Shown here: positions 32,286 to 43,443 of the stretch, one piece after another | Position numbering within the stretch: the first letter of the stretch is position 1 | Layout of the letters: the number at the start of each line of letters is the position of its first letter | Source: Bdellovibrionales bacterium | Lineage (GTDB): Bacteria; Bdellovibrionota; Bdellovibrionia; Bdellovibrionales; UBA1609 | DNA length: 64,000 nt | Assembly: GCA_965219095.1 (NCBI GenBank) | Contig: OZ244719.1 | Coordinates: 416,001-480,000 of the forward strand | Direction of reading: 5' to 3' | Translations under genes and position numbers: made by a program | The notes under the pieces: model-generated | What the model was told of the DNA's origin: nothing | The model's database searches: none | Seen by the model: the letters and a program-made list of their open reading frames with translations, nothing else

Positions 32286-33161
32286 TTATTTTTTGGAATT
32301 GGTATTACTAAAAACTTTTGGTTTAAAGTGTTTGGCATTAATAATGCTTGCACTACTTCCTAAAGCTCGAATCACAAAAAGACCTTCTTTCTCAGCCTTT
32401 CTAGCTGAACCTTGATTGAACTTAAGATAAGCTACAGCACCATAAATTATTTTATCTTTATACAAAGGAAGCATTTGTTTAAAGTTTTTTAATTTGTTTA
32501 TAAAATGAGTTAAATCTTTTAGCCATAAGGTAGTCTTGACTTCTGTCACAACCACTTCACTGCCATTAACTACAATAATGTCGAATTCAAAAGGCTCATC
32601 ATTCCATATCCCGGAAGACTCTCGAGAAATACTCTGCACTTCAATGTTTCTTTCTTGAAGAAGTTTAACTAAATCACCTTTTACCAGAGCCTCCATAAGC
32701 TTTCCCCATTGACCTGTGAAAAGTTCGTCTAACTTTGCTATACGTTTATCAGACTTTATAAACTGACGATCGGTCTCAAGTTTTGAGTCTTTTAACAAAC
32801 GCTCTGTTTCTTTGTGGGCTTTTGCGGTTTCTTTTTGAGATTCTTTGAGTTGGCGATCAGTCTCTTTTTGAGCTTTAGAGGTTTCTTTGAGTTGGCGATC
32901 AGTCTCTTTTTGAGCTTTGGCATTCTCTTTTTGAGCTTTAGCGATTTCTTTTTGAGATTCTTTGAGTTGGCGGTCAGTCTCTTTTTGAGCTTTGGCATTC
33001 TCTTTTTGAGACTTTGCCAGTTCTTGAGTTTCTTTAGCAACAGCTTGAATCGAAGCCCATACAGCTTTAGGAATTGAATGATTGGTTTTTTTTAAAGACA
33101 TGCGGTTATAATAATATAAAAAAACTTTCTTTTCAAGTGATTTTAAGAGAATTTCTTTCAA
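32286..33161 (-). CDS. Coiled-coil repeat protein with C-terminal PD-(D/E)XK-like domain (likely start at MSLKKT)
   Basis: QKETDRQLKE repeats; WGKLME; EFDIIVVNG..VTEVKTTL; YGAVAY. Confidence 0.7.
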   Translation of the reverse strand: MKEILLKSLEKKVFLYYYNRMSLKKTNHSIPKAVWASIQAVAKETQELAKSQKENAKAQKETDRQLKESQKEIAKAQKENAKAQKETDRQLKETSKAQKETDRQLKESQKETAKAHKETERLLKDSKLETDRQFIKSDKRIAKLDELFTGQWGKLMEALVKGDLVKLLQERNIEVQSISRESSGIWNDEPFEFDIIVVNGSEVVVTEVKTTLWLKDLTHFINKLKNFKQMLPLYKDKIIYGAVAYLKFNQGSARKAEKEGLFVIRALGSSASIINAKHFKPKVFSNTNSKK

Positions 33162-33480
33162 ATAGCCTCACTGCAACATCTCTCTCTAACCTACTGTAAT
33201 ATAACAGGAAAATAAGAAAGTACCAGAAAGATGTCGCTAGAGATAATACAACAATTAAATCCTGGCTTTCAAAAGTAAGTACAAAAGAAATTAAAGTTTG
33301 TTTTTAATCAAAACTATCGTGATTCTCATATGCGTTCTTGTACGGAGTTTTGTCGTGATCAACTAGGTTCAATGTAGGGGAAAAGTCTTAACATTCGGGA
33401 ATAGATGGGTAGGTTAATTTATTATTTTCTTTTTGTTTTTTAGTGATTCTGCAAACTTACAAAAGTTTACAAATCAATTT

Positions 33481-33894
33481 ATAGGAATTCTTGCAGCAGT
33501 TGCCATTCCTGCATTCGATGGGTTTAGAAAAAAAGCACGAAGCAGTGAAGCTAAAACTAACTTAGGGGCTCTTTATACAGCAGAAAAAGCCTACTTTTAT
33601 GAAGGTGATAAATATTCAGAAGTCCTAGCTACTATAGGATTTGAGGAACCTACTGGAACACGCCACTATGCTGTTGGATTTAAAGCTACTTGTGCTACGG
33701 GTAGTTCTGCTGAATGTTACCCATCAACTGCCGGCAGCACCACCACCAAAATTACTGCGATTGCAGGGAAAACCGGGACAACCTGTGAGCTAAACTCTGC
33801 AGGTGATGAATTCATAGCTTGTGCTGAAGGAGAAACAGCTTCGACAAATTCCAACTGGCAAATTAATCATGATAAAAGTTTGAGTCCACTATAA
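33481..33894 (+). CDS. pilA: Leaderless type IVa pilin 3' cassette 2
   Basis: Same core as cassette 1, different variable region, no leader. Confidence 0.85.
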   Translation: MGILAAVAIPAFDGFRKKARSSEAKTNLGALYTAEKAYFYEGDKYSEVLATIGFEEPTGTRHYAVGFKATCATGSSAECYPSTAGSTTTKITAIAGKTGTTCELNSAGDEFIACAEGETASTNSNWQINHDKSLSPL

Positions 33895-33913
33895 AATGCT
33901 TAAACTTCATTTT

Positions 33914-33948
33914 AAAACCCCTCCCTTTTTTGGAGGGGTTTTTCTTTT
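33914..33948 (+). terminator. Rho-independent terminator after cassette 2
   Basis: AAAACCCCTCC..GGAGGGGTTTT hairpin plus T-run. Confidence 0.8.
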
Positions 33949-34020
33949 CTTAACTCACAAAATCCAAGCTAAAAAAACCCATTCATTTTGCTTTTTGAAG
34001 TGGTTTTAAATCTTTACAAT

Positions 34021-35223
34021 TCAACTGCTAGGATCACTTTCCCTTATCCTTAATGAGGACTCATTTACAGTCTTTTGAGGGTGTGTAAGTGATTTTGTAA
34101 GTGATTTCGATTCGTACATGCTAGCTGTTCTTTCTGCCATATCAGAATTTATTAAAGCTACCGCTTTAGCATACCTTTGAGTCATAGCTTGATCTGTATG
34201 CCCAAGACTTGCTTGCACAGCGGAAAGACTTTTTGTCGCCATAAGTGCCATTGTGGCATAAGTATGACGGCAAATATGAGTCCCTCTCCAAGGAAGATTG
34301 CAGGCCTTAAAGGACTTATCAAAAGCCCAGCGAATGCTTGTATAAGACACAATTTCACCTTCTCTTGAATGAAAGACTAAGGGATTTTCGGGAGACTCAC
34401 TTTTCATAACCCTTAACAACTCCACAAGTCTCTCTGGAAGAACCAAAAGCCTGTTAGATGCTTTCGTTTTAGTACTCTCACAGAGAGTTATTTTGTTACC
34501 TCCCCAATCAGCTGTCCTTACCACACGTACAAACTTTTCTTCAAAGACAACTTCTTTCCACAAAAGCCCACAAGCTTCACTCACTCTAGCTCCTGTTAAA
34601 ATCATAAACTTTGCCAGTCTATAATAAACAGGGTTAGATATTTTCTGAAGCTTTTGAAGCCAAAGCTGTATTTCTTCTGGTCTAGCAAAGTAGTCAGGTC
34701 GTCTTAGTTTTTGAGTTGTCTCGTAGCAAATGTCTCTATGCATTTTCACTACAGGAACAACAAAGCTTGGATCAACGTAATTTCTCCACCAGTTTAGAAC
34801 AGCTACAAGTCGCCTAAACTCTGTTTTAAAACTCTGTCTTTGTCTACACTTCTTAGTTTTCTTTTGAAACCAAGAAATCCAAAGGCTTATCTCCTTTGCC
34901 TTTAAGTCTAACATCTTGACTTTATTTAAGGGGCTGTTAACTGAAAGATTTTTCAGATTCAATAAGATTTTTCTCTGGCTGGAAGCTCTCAGTTTAGGCA
35001 GATACTCTTTGATGTACTTTTCTACACAATCGCAAAAAAGCAATTCTTTAAGTTCTTTTTCTTCTATAGTTTCACCTTTTTCAAGGCGATCTTTTTCTCT
35101 ATCATGCCAAATGTAAGCTTGAGTTTTGTTTTCAAAAACTTTACTCGAAAGCCTCACTCCTCTGACATACACTTGAGCTTGATAGACGTTCTTTTTTTTT
35201 CTTTTAATTTTAGTTACAGACAT
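34021..35223 (-). CDS. int: Tyrosine integrase, near-identical to 8601-9803
   Basis: Same catalytic motifs; only a few amino-acid differences. Confidence 0.95.
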   Translation of the reverse strand: MSVTKIKRKKKNVYQAQVYVRGVRLSSKVFENKTQAYIWHDREKDRLEKGETIEEKELKELLFCDCVEKYIKEYLPKLRASSQRKILLNLKNLSVNSPLNKVKMLDLKAKEISLWISWFQKKTKKCRQRQSFKTEFRRLVAVLNWWRNYVDPSFVVPVVKMHRDICYETTQKLRRPDYFARPEEIQLWLQKLQKISNPVYYRLAKFMILTGARVSEACGLLWKEVVFEEKFVRVVRTADWGGNKITLCESTKTKASNRLLVLPERLVELLRVMKSESPENPLVFHSREGEIVSYTSIRWAFDKSFKACNLPWRGTHICRHTYATMALMATKSLSAVQASLGHTDQAMTQRYAKAVALINSDMAERTASMYESKSLTKSLTHPQKTVNESSLRIRESDPSS

Positions 35224-35492
35224 GATTTGAACTCCTTTCGTTCAATCCATTGCTGTAAGCGAGAAGACCTAAAATAAACCTTTCGGCCTATTTTTACATA
35301 AGGGATTTTCCTTAAAGAAACCCAATTTTGTAAAGTCTTCTTAGATAAACCTAAATTTTCTGAAAGCTCCTCAATAGTTATTAAATTGTCAAAGAACAAG
35401 CCCTTTTTTTGAGGGCGAATAGTGTTCTCTAAACTACTACTTTTCTTGATTGGTTTCAATTCTTTTTTATTCATTTTTATTTCTCCTTTCAA
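35214..35492 (-). CDS. Excisionase-like HTH protein
   Basis: Identical protein to 9794-10072. Confidence 0.8.
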   Translation of the reverse strand: MKGEIKMNKKELKPIKKSSSLENTIRPQKKGLFFDNLITIEELSENLGLSKKTLQNWVSLRKIPYVKIGRKVYFRSSRLQQWIERKEFKSCL

Positions 35493-35539
35493 AATATAAC
35501 GAGGGAGCTTAAAGCTCCCTCATTTGGTATTCTAAGCCT

Positions 35540-35812
35540 TTAAAAGGGCATTTCTTCTGTATCATTTTTCTGCTCTTTTTTTGGTATTCTTTCTATAACC
35601 ACAAGCTCCCCTGAGACAGGCAAGCTTGTGAGCTTCAAAGAAAAACCGTTTTTGTTCTTTAAACCAAAGGCTACACCTATTCTTTGGTAGTCCACTTTTT
35701 CGTTTCCCTGAGAGTCTTTATAAGCTCTGACTGAGAGTGCGTCATAAATTGTAGTTTTTAGTTTCATTTCTACTCCTTTCCTTATTGATTTACATCCTTT
35801 CTTGAGCTTCAA
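35540..35812 (-). CDS. Small putative ssDNA-binding-like protein
   Basis: Identical protein to 10120-10392. Confidence 0.45.
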   Translation of the reverse strand: MKLKKGCKSIRKGVEMKLKTTIYDALSVRAYKDSQGNEKVDYQRIGVAFGLKNKNGFSLKLTSLPVSGELVVIERIPKKEQKNDTEEMPF

Positions 35813-35927
35813 GAGAGGACAGTGCGGAGAGCTTATAAAAGTTCGTCCGCAGATTTAACAAACAGAAAATTTTTTTAAGACTAGCTTTAAAAAAATTTTC
35901 TTTCCTTTCCTTTTCCACCAACCTACT

Positions 35928-36160
35928 ACCCAACCCAACCACTCACACCACACATCACACACCACATCTACCAGAGAGATTAGAAAGTGAGTTAGGGTGG
36001 TCAAATCTTAAATCCAATGAAAACAAGACCTTATCAAAGGGCCTTATTACGCCCATTCTTACGACTTGTTGAAAGGATTTAAGATTTGACCACCCTAACT
36101 CACTTTCGTCACCACAGGTACACAGTAGTGATGGGTTATAAAAGAGTGGTTGGGTTGGGT
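35928..36160. other. Nested inverted-repeat structure, copy 2
   Basis: Copy of 10508-10740. Confidence 0.7.
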
Positions 36161-36166
36161 GTCTTC

Positions 36167-39100
36167 TCATTTCTCCAAGCCTTTCTTCTTTTTTTCTTTA
36201 GCATTGTAAACTTGAAGTAAAATTTGCTTGTTTTGAAGTTTATCAATAAGAAGAGCTTGACCTCTTTTTAAAGACTTAAAAACATCAAAATCCACTTTCA
36301 TCTTTTTGGTGTTAAAAAGTGAACCTAAGCCTGTTTTTTCAAACTCGCTTAACATCTCTTGTGATGACACTTGAAAGGTCATAGCTTTATCTTCTATAGT
36401 TCCACAAACAGAAGACCATGTTTCACAGTCTTGAGGGACATCTTGACGGAAGATCAGCTTATAAGCAGTGTTACCTAAAATCTGATCCGAAAACTCAGAA
36501 GATACAGCTTTTAAATCAGCCAAGCCTTGACAAAAAAGATGAACCCCTATTTAGAGCTTCTGATCATTTTAAGAAGGTCGCTAAAATCTCTTGTTGCAAA
36601 AGAGCCAAATTCGTCAATAAATATCCCTGCAAAGTTAAACTTAGGCGCTATTTGTCCTGCATGAATTTGACTGCTTATAACTTTCAAGTCTTGCACAATC
36701 ATTTTGCCTAAACGTCTTGCAAAATCACCATATCCGTTTGTGTTCAGTTGAAAATAAGCCACCTGACCTTTTTCCAAAATCTCAACTAAATCAATTTGAC
36801 ACTTTGAAGAAGAAAGAAGATGAGAAAACTCTCTAGAGTTTAAAATCTCAACCTGAGCTTTTAATCCTGCAAGGTCTTCTTTTTTAATTTGAGATAAAGA
36901 AGCTACATCATCTTCCATCCCTTCCAGCTCTTTTTTCTCCATAAATTCTTTGTGAGAGTTGTTGAGGGCTTGTTTTAATTCTTTAAGATTCATTTTCTTT
37001 TTTAGAGCTTCAAAACAAGAAAGCAAGATAGAAAGATACTGACTGGCTTGTGAAGCATAATAATCATGAGTAAAACTAAGGCCAAGCATCAGTTTCGACC
37101 TCACTTGTTCACTTGTTCCATACTTCAAAGGATCGTAGGACAAGCTCTTTTCAGGCTGTGCAAGAGAAAAAAGCTTAAAGTCTTCCTCTTTTCTTCCTAA
37201 CTCACAAAAAAGGAATTTTATCATCTCTATGTCCTTTATTTCCCCCTTAGGATCAAGGATCACAAGAGGGTGTTTATGCAAAAAACTGTGCCTCAGTAAA
37301 TTCATCATCAAGGTTGTTTTTCCTGTGCCTGTCGCTCCTGTAACAAGTAATACCAATTACAGAAATTAATTCGACATTTTTATGTTCAAATTTAAAATTT
37401 TAAAATTGACTTAAGGAAAAGTTTCAATTAGGAGGCTTTAAAAAAGTTTTTTTTGAAGGGAGGTTGAGTTTTCATAAGATATGTTTATTTTATGTATATC
37501 TATTGTTGTGTGAATCGATTGATGGGTTAAAATAAGTGTAAAAAAGTGAGGTTAAGATGTAAAATGAAAAAAATCAGTTACGCAATTTAATTTATAGGTT
37601 CAAATTAATTTACAAGCTTGATTCATCTTGTTGTTTTGCCCAAGATCGAGTGCATAATTTTTTAATCCTGCCCTCCTGATCGCAAAAAGTATTCCAGGCC
37701 TCACAACAAGTATTCAGTATATGGTCATAGTTTTTAAAACATGCATTCGATAATTTGATCCTTCGTAATTGTTGCCAGACTTGTTCCATGGGATTTAATT
37801 CTGGACTATAAGGAGGTAAAGGCATCAGGGATAAATTCTTAGGAACTATCAAAGTCTCTGTGGTATGCCAACTGGCTCTGTCCATTAAAACAATTCCATG
37901 ATAGTTTTCTTGAATATTTTTAGATATCTCATCTAAGTGAATTTGCATCATCCCTGAATTACATTCCGGTAAAACCCAAGCACAGCCTTTATCTTTATCC
38001 GGACAAACTGCTCCAAAAATATAAGTGGATAAAAATTGTCTTTGTCTCACAACTCTAGGTCGTGTGCCTTTTCTTGCCCAAATCCTGCTTAAAGAACCTT
38101 GCTGGCCTATTCTGCATTCATCCTGCCACCAAATCTCTATTTTATGAGTCTGAATCTTTTCCTTTATTTTCTCCACCTCTTCTGGAAAATGTTCCTTAAA
38201 CTGTTCCATAGCTTCTTGTGAACTTTTAGGATGAAGAGAACGACCACTGATCCATACAATATTAAGACGGTCTAAAAGAGCATAAACCCCAGAAAGAGAA
38301 TAGCAACAGTCAAATTCATTTGCTAAAAGTTCCTGTATTCCCTTTGCTCCTATGCTTCCTCCTTCTCTCTTGTCTTGAATTTCATCTAACTTGATTTTGA
38401 AGTTCTCTTCTTCTGTCACTGGTAAACGAGGCTTGCGCCCTCTGCCTTCTCGATCTATCAACCCCTCGTAATCAAAGTCTACAAAAGACTGTAACCAGGA
38501 TTTGATACTGTGACGGTGATAGAAAACTATACTTGCTGTTTCTTGAATCGATTTTCCTTCTTGCATATGCTGCAAAGCTTGGAGTTTTATCTTGATGTTG
38601 GCACTTCTTTCTACTTTGTAAGTAGCTAGAAAATTATACCCTTGAATCTGTGTAACTAAATCTTTTTTCGACATGACTCTAAAAATTTAACAGAGTTTGA
38701 TCAAAAAGCCAGGACGCAATGCGTTAAAAGAATGTCGAATTAATTTTTGGAAATGGTATAAATGTTCTGTTCTAGAACTGACAGGTAAACTTACAAGCTC
38801 TTTTTTGACAAAATTGGCTCCTATAGGAGCTGAGTCTTTAGACTCAAGAGCCTTCTCAAAAGTTTTGAAATCAACTTCTTCTCCCTCCAAATGATCCACT
38901 GTAATGCGTTTTTTGGATTTTATGTTCTCATCCTTAAGCCAAAAATTACAAGTTATAAAAAGTAAAAAAGCCTGAAAGATCCAAAATACAAAAAGCTGTG
39001 CTAACCAGAAAAACAAGAGGTCTAAAACAAGTAGATAAAAAAGAGTCTCTAAAATGACAAGGCCAATAAAAATACAAATTATAAATTTATAGTTTTTCGC

Positions 39101-39172
39101 AAGCCTTTTAGAAGCATAAGGAGCTTTTTTAATCTCTTTATGTGCAACCACTTCCCCTAAAAAGAAAATCAT
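36167..39172 (-). pseudogene. Coupling-protein gene disrupted by IS630 and a 1-bp deletion
   Basis: Pieces 38687-39172, 36547-37356 and 36167-36523 match 10747-12342; CCTATTTAGAG near 36550 vs CCTATGTTAGAG in element 1. Confidence 0.9.
37350..38758 (-). mobile_element. IS630-family element (transposase 37610-38674)
   Basis: TIRs TACCAATTACAGAAATTAATTCGACAT / ATGTCGAATTAATTTTTGGAAATGGTA; TA target duplicated; WQDE, MDRASWH, LPPYSPELNPME. Confidence 0.92.
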
Positions 39173-39198
39173 AAAAAGTATATTGAAACTTTTTTCTT

Positions 39199-39630
39199 AT
39201 GAAGATCAACAGAGATTTTGCTTTTTTAAATAACTTAGATTCATTATTGACTTATAATAGCATTGGAGTTCTTGAAGCTGCTCGTCTTTTAGAACTCAAT
39301 AAGAATACTATAAGCACTTTCCTAAACGGTAAAAGTCATATAAACTCTCATGATTTTATGAGAGTCCTTAAACTAGCAGGCATTAACTTAAGGGCTATTG
39401 TGAGAGATGAGTTAGAAAGAAGAGAACAAAGCGATACCCCTATAGGAGAAGACATGGAACTTATTTTAAAGGAGCTTTCAAAACATGACAAAAGGTCGAT
39501 TCTTAAAGATGTTATCGCTTCTAGCGAACGTTGTGCTGATAAAAATAAAACCATAGAAAACTCACGCACAAGATTAAAAGAACACCTGCAAGAGATGAGG
39601 TATAAAAGAAAGCAGGCTAAATTATGTTAA
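39199..39630 (+). CDS. XRE-like HTH regulator
   Basis: Copy of 12369-12800. Confidence 0.65.
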   Translation: MKINRDFAFLNNLDSLLTYNSIGVLEAARLLELNKNTISTFLNGKSHINSHDFMRVLKLAGINLRAIVRDELERREQSDTPIGEDMELILKELSKHDKRSILKDVIASSERCADKNKTIENSRTRLKEHLQEMRYKRKQAKLC

Positions 39631-40172
39631 AAGTAAAACAAAGCATTCAAGAAAGAGATAACATGCTTTTAGAAAATTGGCTTTGTGATCCTTTTTGGCC
39701 AGAACTTCATGCTCACCTCACAATAGAAAACCTTCCCGCTTCACCACAAGTCGTAGCAGAAACCTTCTCTATAACTTTAGAAGAGGCTACAGATGCTATT
39801 GACGGATTAGAGGAGTTAGGCTTTCTTGTCAAAGAAGGGAGTTTTTATAAAGCTGGGAAGAGAAACTTTGTCATCACAAAAAAAGAAATCACAAAAAATC
39901 AGGCTATACATCAACATATTTTAAAAACAAGATACCTCTTAGCTCAAATAAAATCTGAAACTATAGAAAAAATCTCAAATTATACAGTGGCCTGTAGCAA
40001 AGAAGCTATGAATAAATTTAAACAGGATTTTGATAGGATTATCTTTGAACTTCTTGAAAGTTCAGAAAACTCTTTAAAAAATGAAGAAAAATCTGAAAAA
40101 TCTATTTATAACATAAATTTAGGCATAATAAAAACGTCTAACATAAAACCAAAAGGAGAAAATCATGGCTAA
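39624..40172 (+). CDS. DUF4423/TIGR02147-like protein
   Basis: Copy of 12794-13342. Confidence 0.5.
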   Translation: MLKVKQSIQERDNMLLENWLCDPFWPELHAHLTIENLPASPQVVAETFSITLEEATDAIDGLEELGFLVKEGSFYKAGKRNFVITKKEITKNQAIHQHILKTRYLLAQIKSETIEKISNYTVACSKEAMNKFKQDFDRIIFELLESSENSLKNEEKSEKSIYNINLGIIKTSNIKPKGENHG

Positions 40173-40557
40173 AAACCTATTCATAATAACAGTTTTATTC
40201 TTTACTTTTTCTTTTAAAAGTTTTATGTGGGCAGAAGGCTCAGGTGTGGATTTTAGCTTTGCTGATAAAAAAGAAATTGATTCAAAAATTATTGAACTTC
40301 AACTTTTAGAGTTTTTTGAGTCTTACTCTATAGTGTTTCAAGAAAATGAAACGCCAAATGTTTTAGAAAATGAATTTTATGAACTTAAAGAACTTTTTGA
40401 TGAAGGTTATTATAAAAGTGAGCTTAAAAAACAAGAATCTCATAGACATATTTATTATCAAGTAAGAGATAGAGTGCCTGAATTTTTTCCTGATCCCGAA
40501 AGAAAAGGAGACAGTATAGAAATGGCTGATCGGTTTTTTCTTTTTAACTTCTCGTAA
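40165..40557 (+). CDS. Secreted hypothetical protein
   Basis: Copy of 13335-13727. Confidence 0.6.
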   Translation: MAKNLFIITVLFFTFSFKSFMWAEGSGVDFSFADKKEIDSKIIELQLLEFFESYSIVFQENETPNVLENEFYELKELFDEGYYKSELKKQESHRHIYYQVRDRVPEFFPDPERKGDSIEMADRFFLFNFS

Positions 40558-40696
40558 AGAGTTTCTCGTGTAGGTTCTAGTTTAAGCATGGCTTTTATAG
40601 AGACGTGAAGACATATGGATTTTTTGTTTCTGGATAAGTCACTCTTTATTTGTGTAATTTTTTAAGATGTTAGTTATAGTTAATGCTTGAAATTCT

Positions 40697-40734
40697 GCCT
40701 TCTCAAAAGAATCTGTGGGTTCCCTGGAGGAGCC
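40697..40734. mobile_element. Mini ISL3 remnant (38 bp, fused ends)
   Basis: GCCTTCTCAAAAGAATCTGTGGGT joined to TCCCTGGAGGAGCC, matching the ends at 932 and 926. Confidence 0.75.
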
Positions 40735-40828
40735 GAAAAATTTAATCTTGGATAGGGCGGTCAGATAACCGAGTTACAAATGTTTAGATTTTTTGCCCTT
40801 TGATGGTGAAGTCTGAGGGCAAAAATTT

Positions 40829-43443
40829 TTATCGTTTGAGCTGTTTTTTTAGCTTCTTGTATTTGTCGGTGACTTTGTATTTTCCTGTTTTTGGGCTTCC
40901 TTCAAAAACAATAAGTTTATGCCCTTTTAGAAAGTCTATGTCATTTTCTATCGCTCTTGGAGTCAGCTCATAGATTTCAGCAAATGATTTTACAGAAAAT
41001 CTATTTTTTTCTATAAAGTCTAATGTTTTCAACAACCTGTGAAACCTCTGGCTTTTTACTCCGAACATATCTCCGAACTTTACTCCGAACACATCTCCGA
41101 ACTTTTCTTCTATACTACCAGGATCACCTGCAGCGTCATTGCCATTTTCAAAATATAGAGGTTTTCTTGGGAAGATTATAGTGAAAAACTCGTTCAACTT
41201 AAACTTGGGCTCTTCCAGTCCAGCTTCCTTTACTAGCTTTTTTATACTTTTAATTCCCGTACCAAATTTTTCAATATATCCTAATCTTTGCATAAGATCA
41301 GCAATAAGCTTATTTCTCAAGACACTTTTTGTCCCAAAATCTTTTTTATTCAAACCCTTAGGAAGTCCTCCAAAATTATAAATCTCTACTCTGTCACTAA
41401 AAATTTCAACACTCACACTTATTCCTATATGAAAATAATCTCTGTGAGTGACAGCGTTAATAATGGCTTCTCTTAATGCATCTTCCGGAATTTCTAAAAT
41501 CTCCTCTCTTTCTAGCTTTCCACGAACAATTTTAAATTCCACACGAAGATTTTTTTCTAAGAATTTAATAGCTTCATCTATACTCCTTCCGTTTAAGTTT
41601 TCCGTTTTTTTTGAGTTGAGGTCTAGTTTTTATTCTAAGGTCTTGATAAAAAGTCATTTATTTTTAAAAATAGTTTCATATGTCAGGGTTTCTATCAAAA
41701 AAAGAGCGAAAAGATTTACTCTATGAACTATCTTTAGAGAAAAATCTTAAATACGCAAAAAAGGATTATGACAATTCTCCATTTAGATAAAGGTGAGTTG
41801 TGTAAAGATATTTCCCGTTTTCTTTTCATTGATGAGGTCACGATAAGAGCCTGTAGAGATCGTTATAACAAAGGTGGAATAGAGTGTTTAATCAGCGACA
41901 ATTACAGTTCTAAAAGATCCTTTTTAACTAAAGAAAGAGGAGAAAATGCTTTGTAAGGAATTAGAGAAAAGAATTTTTCCATCATCACAGTCTGTCATCC
42001 AGTTCATTGAGGAGAATTTTGGTGTTACGTACTTTAACAAGTGGTGTGATTGATCTTCTCCATCGCCTTAAGTTTTCTTATAAAAAAGCTACAGCAATAC
42101 CAGGTAAGGCAAAGAAAGAAGAGCAGGAAAAGTTTGTGCGTAAGTACAAGAGAATTAAGAAGAAAGAGGGTCCTGTTTACTTTGCTGATTCCACACATCC
42201 TGAGTGGGGACCTACGATTTCATATGGTTGGATAAGAGAGGGTAAGAAGTTTGAAGTGAAGACCAATTCAGGCTGGAGAAAAAGAGTGAATGTTTGTGGA
42301 GCTATTGAGATCAATAGTTTGAAGACGATAGTCAGGAGTTATAAGACAATCAACGAAGTTTTCCTATGTGATAGGCTCCATCATCTTCATTAAGAAGTAT
42401 TCCGATGAAAAAGAGATTCATCTTATCTTAGATGGAGCCGGATACAATAGATCGAAGTCTGTCAAGAAGTTAGCGAAAGAGTTGAATATAAAACTTGTTT
42501 ATCTTCCTCCTTACTCACCGAATTTAAATCCTATAGAAAGGCTTTGGAAGTTTATGAAAAAAGAGGTCACGGCGAATCGATATTATGAAAACTATGACGA
42601 TTTCAAGGGAAGTTTAAGTCAATTTTTTAGAGGAATACGAAAACACAGACCTAAATTAGAAACTTTGATAACTGATAACTTCTCTATCTTAGGAAACTGA
42701 AAACCTAAGCGGAAGCACTATATATTAGCTCTTAAATCTTTATTAAATCTTCCACTATCAATAATTTTACCCCTTTCTTTTCCTCTGAATAAAACACAAG
42801 CAATTTCAGCATGGGAATGAATCTTTTGTAAGTCTTTAGAAAAAAATAAAGCACCAGCATTGTTAATGGTAACTTTAGAGCCTTGTCTTTGAGCAACCCC
42901 TAAGTTTTCAAGTAATTGTACGATATTTCTTCTATTATAAGTCACCTTTGATCTGTTTAGAAAAGAAAATAGTTTTTCCTTATCAAAGTGTTTCTTGTAA
43001 TCAAATTTTTTGCATACTTGCGTATCAAATCGAGCTTTCCCTTCACGGATTCCAAAATCAATAATCTCTTCTGTACTTAATTTTTGAGAAGTTGAACCTG
43101 AACGAATATAAAAACCTGCAGAACATCTATGGGGCTTATTTTTACTTTCTTTTACAACTATAAGTAATACCTTTTCTTTTGCCATTTCTTTAATAGAGAT
43201 AGAAACTTTAGGATCGCAGTTTCTTGCAATAGTCTCTATTTGACCTTTTAGACGATTGGTGATGTTGATTCCCTTAACCTTTCCTTTGTCAGTTATGCCA
43301 ATATAAATCTCACCTCCAGAAGAGTTAGCAAAGGCTACTATTGTCCTATCTAAACCAGATCTGACACTTTCTTTGAGCTCGACTTTAGAGTTTTCACCTT
43401 TTTCTAGAATGGATTTGAGTTTAGGAGAGATTGAGTTTTTCAT
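40829..43443 (-). pseudogene. Schlafen/AlbA_2-HATPase-wHTH gene interrupted by IS630
   Basis: Halves 42718-43443 and 40829-41580 are collinear with paralog 27038-28483. Confidence 0.88.
41581..42720 (+). mobile_element. Degenerate IS630-family element (frameshifted transposase ~41660-42700)
   Basis: Imperfect TIRs TACTCCTTCCGTTTAAGTTTTC / GAAAACCTAAGCGGAAGCACTA; TA duplication; YFADSTHP, LDGAGY, LPPYSPNLNPIERLW. Confidence 0.88.

Larger units (their letters stand above)
7989..33478. mobile_element. Pilin-targeting integrative element 1 (~25.5 kb, core to core), Druantia-like cargo
   Basis: Bounded by direct repeats of the pilin core; integrase, Xis-like gene and coupling protein at the left end. 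Confidence 0.75.
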
